This document shows, piece after piece, positions 11,221 through 24,493 of a stretch of 64,000 bases of DNA. The notes under the pieces are model-generated. The model worked only from the letters and a program-made list of their open reading frames with translations. It did no database searches and was not told the origin of the DNA. The stretch's first letter is position 1, and every line of letters begins with the position of its first letter. The translations under genes and the position numbers were made by a program. Location: contig LSRY02000069.1 of assembly GCA_001643675.2 (NCBI GenBank), positions 62,001 to 126,000 on the forward strand, given 5' to 3'. Origin of the DNA: Monocercomonoides exilis PA203. Its lineage: Eukaryota > Protista > Preaxostyla.

Positions 11221-12757
11221 TCAAGTTTTCATCAATTTTCCTTCAAGCTGCTTTGCAATCATAGCTGTATCGAGCAAGTCGCTCCATACTTTCTCCACAG
11301 TATATCCTTCTGGAAGAGCTTCTACGGCAAGACCTAACGAAGGACAGTAAACTGGAGGACGATCTCTTTGAAGCGAGGAGTCAGCATAATATTGAGAAAT
11401 AACATCAAGAGCTGCATCAAAATACAATGTCGCATTGCAGCAATCGCAGAAATTGCAATAAAAAAAACAGTTAAAAGTATAACTGTATCCAAATTTCTCA
11501 TGCAAAGAATTCAAACCTTCTTCTTTTTCCATCACAAAATCTTCTTCTCTGCGCTTTATTGGAATTTTTGAAGTGGGCTTATCTGCATCATCAATAATGT
11601 AATCGATTCCAAATATTGGCCTCTCAAAATATAACTTACGAAGCTGCTGAATTTCCATTGTTAGCGAGGCAAGGCGTTCCTGTGGTTCAACACGAAATCC
11701 CATTGTATGCCCTTTTATGAGTTATTCAAATAAATGATATATAAAAATAAACATAAATAATATTACGAATAAAGTTAAAGGCAATAAAATGCAATATATT
11801 TCGTTGATATTTTAAAAAGTTAAGTTAACGTATTTTTTCAAAAATAACAAGCACAAAGATTGAGATTGAATGTTTCATGAAACATACCACCAGAGTATTT
11901 TGTGGCCTGGATGGCCAAAGATAATCCAACTTTGCTCTGTTTGGTATTTACATCTTCCATCTGTAGATAAGGGATTGAAACATTGAAATTTGGCATGGCA
12001 TTTGCGTGCCATACAACGCGTATGTTAGTAGTATGAATAGTTCCAATGTTTCCAGCTGAGCTTGATACATTCCATACTCCAGGTACTTTTGATATTATCT
12101 TTTCGTGTTTTAAAAGTTTTAATTCATCATCCTTAATAACTGTCCCTCTCAATCTAACATCTCTGTAAGTTCTTGATGTTTCATAAGCCCGAACTACAGT
12201 TTGAGCTGTTGAAAAAAGTCTTGGTGAGTCAACTCCATAATTTGTGAAGATAAATTCAAATTTATTACTTTCATATTTGGTGACAACATATAAGGACTTG
12301 TTATAAAAAAATAATATTGTCATTCAGCAATAATTTGAGGAATATTTTTCGAAATGCAAACTTGAGTTGCTCCTTTAAGAACAGAGTCAGCCGTTCGAAT
12401 GTACATATCCTTTACGCAATCATGTCCTATTGCTAAAAAAAATTTTTTTTAGGATAACAAAAAGTTGGAAAGCAAACATAAATTTAGCGAGGGGTCATTT
12501 TGGCAAAACCAAATAATTCTGAGATTTGTGACTTTCAAGCCACCTTTTTCACCATTATTACCTTTTGTATCCTCCACTTGCGGGATGAAATCGATTTCTT
12601 CCTCTCCATTTATGCATTTTAGTTGCCTTTTTTTCAAAATACGCAAATTTTCATAAAAATCAAAATAGAAAATAATTTCAAACGATGCAGGTATGTCAAA
12701 TCTTATTTCACGATCAAATTGAATGAAATCTTCTTCTTTCATAAAATGAAGCGGCAT
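11221..12757 (-). CDS. BBS5: Bardet-Biedl syndrome 5 protein (BBSome subunit), multi-exon
   Basis: DREIRFD, VEDTKGNNGEKGGLKVTNLRIIW, KFEFIFTN, GVWNVSSSAGNIG, RVVWHAN, FNVSIPYLQM, PIFGIDY and PVYCPSLGLAVE are BBS5 hallmarks. GT-AG introns join the ORFs in frame. Confidence 0.95.
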
Positions 12758-13748
12758 TTTTTATTGCTCCACAATACAGCTTTCTTTGCTGTTTATTAAA
12801 ATGATCGAATATATTATTTTTGTCATTTGAATAAAAATTTTTTTTCTGAACGTAGATTTCTTTTCTTATGAAGATAATTAATGATAATAATTCTTGATAA
12901 TATCTTTTTTTTTCATGATTTTATATTTTTCAACCAATTTTACAAAAAATAACATATGTTCGAAATTTTCAATAAAGTGTGGAAATAGATGAATTATAAT
13001 TCGAAGAAGAATTTTTTAATTTCAAATTTATTATGACATTATTTTATTTCATTTTCATGATAATAACTTTCAGATAACAAAATGTAGTGATTTATTTTCG
13101 ACAAATAATTATTTTTGAATCAATATTGAAATAAAAAAACAAAAAGATTTTATCAAGATTTGGGGAAAAATGCGTTCTTTTATACTTTTTTGCACAAAGC
13201 ATGGAAAATAATACAGATAGAAGAAATTGATTTTTTCGTTATTTCCAACAGTGAATGAAAATGGGTGATTATTACTGAATTCAGAATTTTTCAGTGATAA
13301 TTTTTTGTTTGAAATTTTGTTTCGATTGTCTATGAATGAACACTGATCAAAGATAATGTTAATGTCTAATATCTCTTTCAATCTTTTTTGATCTCAATAA
13401 TTTGTTTGTATTACAATTGCGAAACATTGAACATCAAAAAATTATTTTTTTGCAGGTGACGAAACACTTTTGAAAATAATCTCCTATCTGAAAACTGTTA
13501 GGATTTCAAAATTCATAACCCATTTATAAAAACTAACATGTATGTGTGTGGTGCATAATTCTTTCATTTATGAGATAAACAACAATTTGTTCCAAATAAT
13601 TTCCACAACCTTTTCATGAGAAAACTTTCATTCTCGTGTTAAAAAATCATTGGAAATATTTCATAATTGAGGATTAAATTAAAAGTGCAGAATAGAACAA
13701 AATTCACGAAGCAAAAATTATCGTCCCATGTCTGAAATTTTGAAATAC

Positions 13749-14663
13749 AAAATGTGCACAAAACTCCGGACATCGCACAAAAAATCGGGCAAGATCGATA
13801 TCTCAATAACTTAAAGAGGAAAAATTCTGATAATTTTTTTCTAAATATATATCATTTGTACAAACTCGTTGGAAATATAAAACATTCAAAACTTCCTCGT
13901 TTATGGTCAGAAAAAAAATTATTATTCAAATGGGTGATTATTTTTGAAATCATATCCTTTTTCGGGGAATGGGATTTTTTAATTTTTTCTGTCATTGGAA
14001 AGAATTTTTGAATTCAGATTCTAAATTCATCCCAATTGTTTCATAAACCAATGTCTTTGCAGAAATAAAGATGATGACTTCTTCAATAAGTCATTTCATT
14101 TTTCAGTGTTCATTTTTGAATGTTCAATGAAAATTTTCGATTCAAAAATTTAGAAAGAAAAATTATGACATCAAAAATAATCACACAAATCAAAGAGAAA
14201 CTCAAAACCCTATTTTTCTTTGATTAGAATTTAATATTTTTCTGAGTACAATTGAGATAATTTTGGTAGTTTTGTTTATCAAATTAGTTTGTATTAATGG
14301 GGTATATGGGTGATTATTTTTGCAATCATAACTTTTTTCGTGGTGTTGATTTTTCAAAGGTTGTTTGTCATTCAATAGAGATTATGTATTTTTTTTGAAA
14401 ATTCCATCAAAACCATATTGAACATAAATGTTAAAGCTTAAACAAAAATGAAAATAATTTTTATTTGATTTTTCAATTTTTAGTATATTGTTGTTAATAT
14501 TTTTGAAAAATTTTCGAACCGAATTTTTTGAAAGAAAAAATATAATTTCAAAAATAATCACACATGTTTTGAGGAAAGTGAACAGATTTTTTCTTCTGAC
14601 AGTTATTGAGAAATCGATCTTGCCCGGTTTTTTGTGCGACGTCCGGAATTTTATGCACATTTT
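13749..14663. mobile_element. Non-autonomous TIR element (MITE-like), about 915 bp
   Basis: 63 bp terminal inverted repeats at 13749-13811 and 14601-14663 (58/63 identical); internal repeated GGGTGATTATTTTTG motif in both orientations; no coding capacity; no clear TSD. Confidence 0.65.
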
Positions 14664-14666
14664 ATT

Positions 14667-14873
14667 AGTTCCTTTTGGAACCTTTTCTGGTAAAAATGAG
14701 AAATAAAATTATTTTTCTTAATTTCATTCCAATTTACCAGATTTCACCTTCATGAAAATAATAACGTTTCCAATTTTTTGTTTCCATGACGGTGAATTTT
14801 GGTGAATTGGAATGAAATTTTGTAAAATAAATTCATTTCTCATTTTTTTCATAAAAATAAAACAAAAAGAACT
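14667..14873. repeat. Imperfect palindrome of about 200 bp (small MITE-like hairpin)
   Basis: AAAAATGAGAAAT...ATTTCATTCCAATTTACCAGATTTCACC pairs with GGTGAATTTTGGTGAATTGGAATGAAAT...ATTTCTCATTTTT. Confidence 0.55.
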
Positions 14874-15091
14874 TTTCAAAAATATTTCACAAACTTGAAT
14901 AGTATTTTAAAATTCGAAATAAAATAATTTTTAGCGTATTCGTTTTGATAATAAATGAAATTTCCATTATTATATAAATATTTTAAATAAATAACTTATT
15001 TGAAAAAAATCGAAAAATTATTATGAGCGAAAAAAGAATGGAAAAAATATATCAGTTTTATATTATAAATGAAAAATTTCTCGTTTTGAAA

Positions 15092-15163
15092 GCCCTTGTA
15101 GCATAGTGGCAGTGCGTATGCCTCGTAAGCATAAGGTCGAGGGTTCAATTCCCTCCAGGGGCT
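15092..15163 (+). tRNA. tRNA-Thr (anticodon CGT)
   Basis: Cloverleaf: acceptor GCCCTTG/CAGGGGC, D-arm with AGTGG, anticodon arm TATGC-CT-CGT-AA-GCATA, T-arm GAGGG-TTCAATT-CCCTC. Followed by a T-run Pol III terminator. Confidence 0.95.
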
Positions 15164-15297
15164 GATTTTTTGAAAAAAATCCTTTTTGTTTTTTTTAAAA
15201 TTTTTGAATCTTTTATTTTCCTGATATGAAGAAAAATTAATGAGAAGTTGTTTGCTTTGAAATCGAACTACCATTATTTTTTTAATATTGACAAAGA

Positions 15298-17315
15298 ATG
15301 ATCCCAAGAGAAAAGAGAGGCAAACTTGAAGGTTACGATTTTTGGAATGCAATAGGCAAGCCGCGAACAGTTCTTGCTCCTATGGTGGATGTTTCAGATC
15401 TTCCATATCGGCTTCTATGCTTGAAACATGGAACAGAACTGTGTTATTCGCCAATGTTTGTATTTTTTATTATTTTTAATTTTTCTACAAATCCTTTAAA
15501 TTTGTTTGTGCTATTTTATTCAGGTTTAATGTTAATACCTTTCTTTCAAGTGTTCCCTATCGAAAGGAATGCATGCTTACATGTGAAGAAGATAAGCCAC
15601 TTTTCATTCAATTGGCCGGAGATGATCCGTGTAAAATGCTTGAAGTTGCAAAAATGGTTGAAAAGCAATGCGATGCAATTGATATTAATTTTGGTTGTCC
15701 TCAAGTTTGCTTTCACATTTTTTTTTCAAAAAATATTAATTCCTTTGATTCAAGAATATTGCGAAACGTGGGCACTATGGAGCATATTTACAGGACGAAT
15801 GGGATCTTATGCGTTCTTTAGTATCAACATTGCATGATCATCTTACAATTCCAGTTACTGCAAAGTATCGAAAGCAAAAGGATACTCAACGAACTATTAA
15901 GCTGGGAGAAATGCTTGTTGATGCAGGAGCACAGGTTATTTGTCTGCATGGAAGAGTTCGTGAACAACGAGGCGTTCTTTCTGGTCACGCAGACTGGGAT
16001 GAGATCAAAATTGTGAGGTATATTGCTATAAAATGTTACCAAAAGAACAATTAAGAAATAAATAATTATTATTTAACTCCTATATTCAGGGAATATATAC
16101 ATGTTCCTTTTATTGCCAATGGTGCCATTTATTCTATGAGGGATGCACTTTTATGCTTGCGACATACAAAAGCAGATGCTGTGATGAGTGGAGGTATGCT
16201 TATTATTATAAAAGGAATAATTATTTTTTCAATAAACATAAAATTTTCATTTGTTGGACAATATCAGTTGGACTAAGAAATGATCCGCTTACTTTCTCTT
16301 CGTTGGATTACACTCCAGAACGGCCTTCGTACGCAATGGACTATCCGAAAGGGTGGGAAAATTGCGACTCTTTTACGGATAAAGGGGATATTCCTCATTC
16401 TTTCCATTCATCTTCTTTTTCAATGTCATCATCATCATCATCATCAACATCATCAACACTTTCTTCTTCTTCTTCATCTACTTCAGAGATTTCATCACCG
16501 ATATCTTCAATCACCCACTTCAATTCCACAGATCCTTCAGCTTCTCCCATCGCAACCTCATCTTCTAATCCTTCTTCCTCGCCACACACACTTCCTCTTT
16601 CCCTATTTCGCGAGCCTCTCATTCCGCTCGAGCGAACTCCTCTTTCCGAAGCCATCTCTGCCTCGTTTGCATCAACAGGCACAAATTCACTGGCCCCTCT
16701 TTTTGCTGTGTTCGCAGCCGACAAGCAGATTGCAGCTGAAGACTGGAACCCCTTCGAAGGCCTGTCGTCTGTTACAAAGACTGACTGCGCTGAGTCAACC
16801 GCTTGTGGCTCTTCTTCCACGGCGGGGTCTTCTGATCCGGAGGCTCCTTCACTCACACTCGATTCCATTGCAGTGCCTCCGGTCTCTGCTCTGATGGCAG
16901 CCTCTTTCGAGTTCCTGTCGCTCTGCCAATCGTTCCACACCACTCTCGCCTTTGCTCGCGATAGAGTGCTCAGAATGCATCTTTCTCAGTATGATTATTT
17001 TTTGGTTTTGCCTCTTTTTTTTGTTTTAATTGAGGAATATTCGATGAATGTTGATGCTATTTTGACTTCAATTTTTCCCCCTTCCCCTCCGTCTCATTTC
17101 TTTGTTCATTCGATTCCATTTGCAGATTATCAATCCATTACGACATCCGCGACCGTCTTCCATTTGCGCCTACGATTTCTGGGGTGGCAATGCTGATTCA
17201 GATCCTCAACAAGCGCATCTCCGAAGGCCTGGTTCCGAAGCCGGCGCCCCCGCGTGTGCGGACTGAAGACATGAAGGAAGAAGAGCTGCTCGATGGAGTG
17301 AGCCTTTTTGGCTGA
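15298..17315 (+). CDS. DUS1: tRNA-dihydrouridine synthase (DUS1-like), multi-exon
   Basis: VLAPMVDVSDLPYRLLC, LCYSPM, DKPLFIQLAG, AIDINFGCPQ (catalytic Cys), GHYGAYL, LHGRVREQRG and ADWDEIK. Ser-rich insert before the C-terminal helical part; stop TGA at 17313-17315. Confidence 0.9.
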
Positions 17316-18315
17316 AGAATCAGCATTCTTTTTGTATTTTGTTGTCGACTTCTTTGCAGATGAATCGAGTTTCGTTCAACTCCTTTCCTGCTCTTTCAAT
17401 GGAATTTTAGAGAAAGATTAAGTTGAAATTCTGCTTTTGGATTTGTCTCCTTCATTGCGTTATTGTTCAACATGAGGAGTAATAAAGCAAATACTTTCAA
17501 ATGCATTATGAAAGAAGCTTGAAATCATTCATATTTTTAACCAAATTTATCTGTTTCATTTATCATTATAATTTTTGTCAATTCATCGATTACAAAATTT
17601 ATATTGAACTTAAACAAGGATCAAATATCAATTTTTCTATTTTCTTGTTCAAAATGGAAAACGGATGAAAAATAGAGTTAAACGATGTAGTTCTCCATCT
17701 TCAATAAGTGGGAGTTGCAAAAAAGTACAATGATTGGAGTTTGATTGAACAAACGCGTTTGTTGAAGTCATGAAATGAAAAAACAAAGACAAAAATCGAA
17801 ATAGCCTGCTTAAAACCAAATATCCCTTTCGGAAAGTCAACTTTCTCGCTTTTTTTAAAAGAAAAGGATAAGCAACATGAACATAAACATAGCGCAATTT
17901 CTATGAAATATAAGCAGGTTAAATTCAAAAAAAGGTTGTAACTTGATAAGTCAATTGTAAAGTAATAACCTAAAATATAAACTAAAACTCTGTACACAAA
18001 TACAGTAGCATTATCCATCAATGAAGAACAAAGAATTCTGCATATTTTTTGTTGCAAACTTTTAAATGCATAAGCTTTTTCCCTCGAACACACAACATCA
18101 AAAACTGAAAACAAAATTATGTGCATCTCCCAATGACATAATTGAAATTGAAAATTTCACATAAAAGTTAAAATTACTATGTCAGAAACACAAGGAAAAA
18201 CAACTTTAAAAATACTTGAAGTCAAATGTTGGAAATGATAAATATTCAATTTCACCAAAGTTACAGAAAGGAACAATTTCTCATATTTAATTGCACCACA
18301 ACAAAAAATAACTTT

Positions 18316-19926
18316 CTAATCTAAATTGAAAAAAATAGTCCTGCATTTTAGAATTCGTGCAGCACATCTGGGAATATCGTTGAAAGGATAGCTGTGATGC
18401 ATCAGGGCAATAAATACATCAGAAAAACCGTCATTTTCCAATAATTCCACAAATTCTTTACAACTCCAAAGTTCCGTAGATCTTTCTGTCACAGGTTCAT
18501 ATTCTGGCATTGAAGAAATTGAAGAGGCATTTGCAGATGCAGAAGATGGCTCAGCAGAAACCTTTTCAGATTCAGCTGTCACTTTCCGATAAACGCGAAG
18601 TTGACACACTTCAATTCCCCGCAACGCATTATAAATGGCTGTGTCATTCTCCTCTCTAAACTCCATCACAACATTCAGGATGCTACCAAACAGATAATCG
18701 CAGTTAACTTTGCCAACAACATCATCAGAAGAGTAGCCAATACATACATTCACCGAACGCACAAACCAGATGAGAAGCGATACACGCTCCTCAGAAAAAG
18801 CGCAAATACATCTGTGAAGCAGAGAATGAATGGATGGCCTTGACAAAAAAGAGTGAATTTGAATCTTTACAGCATCCAGAATGGTATAAATGAGATAGAA
18901 ATATTGAATTATAACTGAGTCTGTTGCCAGTTCTGCTTCTTCCGGAAGCTCGCCTGTTTGAGTCATTGGAGCTTCTTTCGAATTGTCTGCTTTCCCCTGA
19001 AGTTTGCGAATTGATTTCGCAGATAAACTGTTTTTTCCATTTTCCTTCTCCTTTAAGATAATTTCTAATTCACGTTCAATCAGCCTCATCGCTCCAACCC
19101 TTTCCAATGACTCTGCCGCCAGTTTATTATCGACAAATGACACTTTTGCCAAAACACGCAAACTCATACACAAAGATATATGAGTCAGATTGCGATATTG
19201 ATTGTGATGATTCAGAATACGCTCCATTGCTTTTTGGATAGTATCTGTATTAAATATATTTCTGTTTGCTATTGTTTAAGTAGATTAGTCACTTATTTTG
19301 TAGCATCGAAAAAACGATTCAAACCTCTTACACATCTATGATTCAGAGCAAGAAGAGCATTTTCAACTCGTTGAGAGATTTCCTTTGATGAATCAAAAAG
19401 TGAAGCTTCTTTAAGAAGAATAGGTAATGCTATTTCACTTAGTTCATTTTTGCATGTCCTGTGAAATGGTTGAAGAAGTGCAAACGCGACAACAATGTCG
19501 TTATAGTTTGATGGAGGAGATGAAAAGTTCGACAAAATAAAAATTTCCAAAAACGGTCGTAACTCCGAAATGAAAACGCAATCCTGAACACCAGATTTCC
19601 AATTTACAGATTTTCTTCCGATTGTTTTTAAAATAGATGTAACTTCCTGGACGTTTTGTTCAGTTGAAATGCATTTTATTGCAACTTCCGAAAGAAGTGC
19701 AACAAATTCATTTTTAAATAATTTTTTGAATTCTTCTTTGGGCAATTCTTGAATTGAAACTTCAAATTGCGTTAGTACTTTCTTTTGCTCTTCACTTTCT
19801 AATAAAGTCAATTTTCGAAGTAATGCTAATGTTCATGGCTAAATTATTGCGAAATTATTCTATACACAAATTTGACACACATTGAGGATGTGCAATACAA
19901 CTATCGCTTCTTCTGTCATCCTCCAT
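18316..19926 (-). CDS. Hypothetical helical-repeat protein of an expanded lineage-specific family (3 exons)
   Basis: ORFs 19293-19811 and 18316-19227 plus a short first exon (MEDDRRSDSCIAHPQ). RVENALLALN, NLTHIS and LENDGFSD motifs are shared with the genes at 37849-39300 and 39625-41110. Confidence 0.7.
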
Positions 19927-20069
19927 TATCACTTTGAAATGAATTAAAAAAATATATTGGGCAGAGATAGAAAAACATCCAAATTGAAGTTTAAAGATGA
20001 CAAAGGATACGTTATGATTGATCTATTATTTTTTTAATAAAAAAAGAATAGAAATAGTTTCGTTGAAAA

Positions 20070-23000
20070 TTATGAACCACGTTTCGTAAAATGAACAAGA
20101 ATTAATGGAAGAGAATCAATAATTTCAGATGGAATGCTTCGCTTTGTTGCTGTGCAAGTGAATAAAACAGAAAACTCATAATCATTCTTCAAATGAAAGT
20201 TCCATTTATCGTCTTCATTCACATCATCTATGATATCAAAAAGACTTTTTGAAAGTGCAGTGCTTTTCATATCTTCTTCCCAAATATCAAAATACTCGAT
20301 TTTATTTCCTGTTGCCAAAATTGATAGAATGCAATCAAATTCATTCTCAATGTAGTTCTTCACGTCGCCGAGTGACTGATGTGATGAGTTCAAACAAACG
20401 TCCTGAATATTCCAACAACTCACTCTCAATGAAGAATCCAGCTGTGTTGGAGGTTCTGGAATTGAATAGCCATAAATGCATCGGGCCTGATTCACGTACC
20501 ACACTCTGAAGCAACAGCGAGCTTGAAGTCTTTCCTCTTCGTTCATTTGTTGCAGAATTTTGGATAATTCAAAAGAAAACTTACAGTCTGCGACTGATTC
20601 GACATTTTCCTCATCATCTTCATTTATACTCATTCTATTGTTCATATCATCAGTTGAAAGCTCATTCTTTGTTCTGAATTGCATTTGTTCCAAGCATTTG
20701 TCAAAAACGAAGCTTGCTAATGAAAAAAGCTCCACAGAAGCGAGTGACGAGACAAGGGCAGTGGTTGTGCAGACAGCAGGTGTTATGCGCCTGGCAATCA
20801 TCTTTGTATGCAGCCGAGAAATGTTTTGGATGGAATAATTAGTTGCTCTCAAAGATGAGCACGAATAGATAAAGTCAATATGAAGCTTGTCATCATCATC
20901 TTTTTCAGACGGTGCTGGAATAAGAATATTTGAAAAGATGCGCGAATCCATCGAACCAAGTGAATGTTGTGGGGATACAGAAGAACCTTCAACTTTCAAT
21001 TGATTTTCTTTAAAAGCTAAAATGCATTCTGATAATAATCCCAACTCTTCTTCAACATGTTTCTCTCTGAAAACTGTTGAAATTTGTGTTTCATCTTTTG
21101 ATCTGTTCAAAACTTCCATTATTTTTCCCCAATTCCAGTTGCCTTCCCAATCCACATCTTCTCCAAAGTACAATTTCTTTTCTTGATCAAACATATTATC
21201 TTCATCACATTTCTTTTGATTGAATAATTTTTCATCAATTTTTCCACGTTGACAATCCAAGTCATTTTTTTCATGTTTTTGAAAGTGATTGAAAGGAATG
21301 CCTAAGCATTTGGCCTTTAGTAATGCAGTTGTAATCAAAAACTGGAGATGGAGTTTGTTTTCTGAGTCAAATTCGATTGGAACAGGAACAAAACGAGTGC
21401 CTCCCCAAAATAACTTTCCTGTTTCGGAGTCGATTTCATCCAGCGGATGACGCTGAAGAAGCCGCTGTATCTGGTCATGGAACAACTCCTTAAACAAGCA
21501 CATCGACTGAACTAAACAGTCGTCAAACGACAAAGAAAAAGGCGAAGGTGGATGAAGAGAAAGAATTTCTGCAGCAGAATATGGGTGTAGATCAGACAAT
21601 AATTTTAGAAGTTTCAATTTTCTTTGGATTTCGAATTCATTCGATGTATCTGCATCTGACGCTAATTGCATATGAAAGTCAGAACTTGAGGAGGATCCTA
21701 TTTCCGCTGAAGGAGTTGCACTGTCAGTTGAAGAATTGGCTTGCTTGGGTCTGTCTGCTATTCGCTTTGTGTTTTCACAGAACTGGCGAATAAGCAAAAT
21801 ATTATCATAAAACTGTTCCTTAAACACTGAACGTGCATATTGAATTGTGTGCTGAATGAGATATGGATGCTCCTGTAGTGTGCAGATTGGAATTGCACTT
21901 TCAGATTCCTCTGCTTCATTCATTGTCAGAACTTCCAAATTATCTTCATCAGTCACAACATTATATCCTGTTTTTGAACCATCTTCAAGTTCTTCTTGTT
22001 TGTTTCCTTCCTTCTGTTTGCTTTTTCTACCTTCTCCTCTTCTTTTCCTGACATTTCTGCTTCTTCCATGTGAACTGTATGGAGCTGTCACCCACGGAAC
22101 AACCGTTTGTGTTGTTCCTTCTGTTCCCAAAGTTCCGCAATCAATCATCGCAACTCGATGCACCACGCAACAAGAACTCACAAATTCTCTTCCTTCGTAA
22201 TTATCCAATGTTGTGAAACAGATGTCAACATTCTTCCAAAACAAGGCATTAAATATGTCTGCTGTTTCAGATCCAACGCGAAGCTGGTATGTCTGCAGTG
22301 CAATTGATGGATTTATTGACAGAATAGATTGTGCAGCTACAATTGCCTTTGACTTATGAAGATCTTTCTCTCTAAACAGAAACTGCCTGCTTAAATTTGA
22401 GCGTTCGATGCCATCCATGTCTGTCATAATCACTTTTCCTTTCTTCAAAGTCTGCGACAGTAAATCTTTTGATTCTTTATTCATCTCTTCCATCTCGGCT
22501 GCTTCACCTAACAGTTCTTTTCCGTCTTTAACTTCATCAAAAGTGTTCTCATTTGCCTCTGGAAAAGGACAGCCAACGCCCATCAATGCAAGCTGCTTCA
22601 GCACTTCTCCTCCAGTTGCACCACATCCAACAACAAAAACAGACAGAGATGACAGAATTCTTTGAAAAGTGCGTCCAAACACAGCAATCTGACCGTCATA
22701 GCGGCAGTTCAGAGGAAGAAACTCAGATTTTGGCAGCGAAATAAGAAAGTCACTTAAAGAAGAAGAATTTGAAGTTCTCCCTTCACATGTTGGAAGTGCA
22801 TTATCTATTTCTATTTTTACCATCTGCTTTAACCTCTCATAACTCTGAGAATGCTCCAGAAACAGCCACTGCGTCAGAGGAGTTCCATTGCCAGTCAACG
22901 CTTTTACGACTTCTTCGGCAGCCACTGCACCCACGGCAGAGGAAACAGGCGAAAGCTGACCATTCAATGAGTGAATGAATAATGCCACAGTGTCTGAATC

Positions 23001-24417
23001 ATATGAATTAATGCTGTAATTTCGTTGAAAAACTTCTTTTTGATCATCCAATGTGCTATTCTCAGAAGATGAGAGATAAACTGGTTCTGAAGATGACGTT
23101 GAAGAAGATTGTGGATATGAATTCTCAATTTTGTATCCTCTCTTTATTAAAATTGGCTTGCTCGTCTTGACTTCAGCCTTTGATGCAATCTGTTTGTTTG
23201 ACGAATTCATAGAATTCAATGTGGAAGTAATTGAGAATGAAGCTAAATTAGAAGTCGATATATTTAAAGAATGAAATGAGGCAGATTTGCAGGTAGCGCA
23301 AACATCTGTACCACCATGAACGATATCTTCTTTTTCTTCATCAGAAATCGAAGAACAGAATGTTGTTTCGAAGATGGTTTTTGATAGCAGCTTAATTTCA
23401 TTCAAATCTTCTTCATTCAGAATTTGCATCCTTCTTTTGCTCATCTCATGTGACCCATCACTTGCTAAATTGCATGCTTCTTCAAGTTCGCAGGCATCTT
23501 CAATTCTCTCATTCTTTCTCACTCTTTTCCTCACAAGCACATCATCAACTGCTCTAAATGCTGAAAAAAGTGTTGGAGATCTTCCAAAATTATGACTTTT
23601 ATCAAAGCACGTAATCGTTGGCTGCTTTAATTCTTCTTTTAGCGAGCGATGATGCTTAAAAATTGTTGTGCTATCTTTCTGGAATTGAGCTCTTACATCA
23701 ACAAATATCTTTGAAAAGAGGCCAAATGAACAACAGTAGATAAAATCAATATTAATTTCCCTACATAGCTCATTCAACTTAACTGCCTCAATTTCTGTTG
23801 CTTCACAAAGTATGAAGCACTGAACAAATTTTAAAATTATTTTTCATGAAAAACAATTTGATGATTTCAAACTGATGATTGACTTAGAAGTTCTTTTGAA
23901 ATAATTCTTTCTTGAATAAAAGATATCTGTGATTGCTCACCAAGTTCTAAAAATTTGTGAAAGCATGATGCAGCTCTATTCTTACCGATATCAGATTCCT
24001 CAAGAAAACACTTTTGGATAAAATAAAAAAAAAGTTGCAATTAAAGCATTTAAATCACAAATATGCGTTTAAAATAATAAGAAAATACATTACTTGACAA
24101 ATCCGCCCAGGTTACAACTTCTGAATCATGAAGCTGGACATTACCAATCCCAGACAATATAAGATTCTTTGCTATATATTAATATAAAGTGATAAATCAT
24201 CTAACAAATAAAGATCAAATACCAACTTCTGCTCCACATCCAGATAAACCTGAAATGACTACTTTACACTCACCAAGTTTTTGAAGAGAATTCTCTCTTT
24301 TTGAAAAACATGATTCACGTTTATATAAAAAAATTTCCTCGTTAATAATACAATGTAAATATACCCATATACGTACAACTGTCTTTCATGTCTTTGATAA
24401 TCTTGATATGTGCTCAT
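20070..24417 (-). CDS. Ubiquitin-activating enzyme E1 (UBA1-like), divergent
   Basis: Start MSTYQDYQRHERQLYVYG in small 5' exons, then a 1235 aa exon with VGCGATG, DMDGIERSNLSRQFLFR, LDN, catalytic IPICTL, EKDDD..LHIDFI and RITPAVCTTTA. Confidence 0.9.
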
Positions 24418-24493
24418 TTTTTAAAAATTTTTCATCAAGAAAAATTGAATCATAAGTTAATGGGCTAGATCTTAACTGAAACAATCTTTTACC

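Noticed and set aside
12800-13700. AT-rich ORF 13109-13381 with faint beta-helix-like words
   Set aside because: Too short and low-complexity; no convincing splice model.
17649-18126. Minus-strand ORFs between DUS1 and the helical-family gene
   Set aside because: Hydrophobic AT-rich translations with no motif or ATG context; probably UTR or intergenic.
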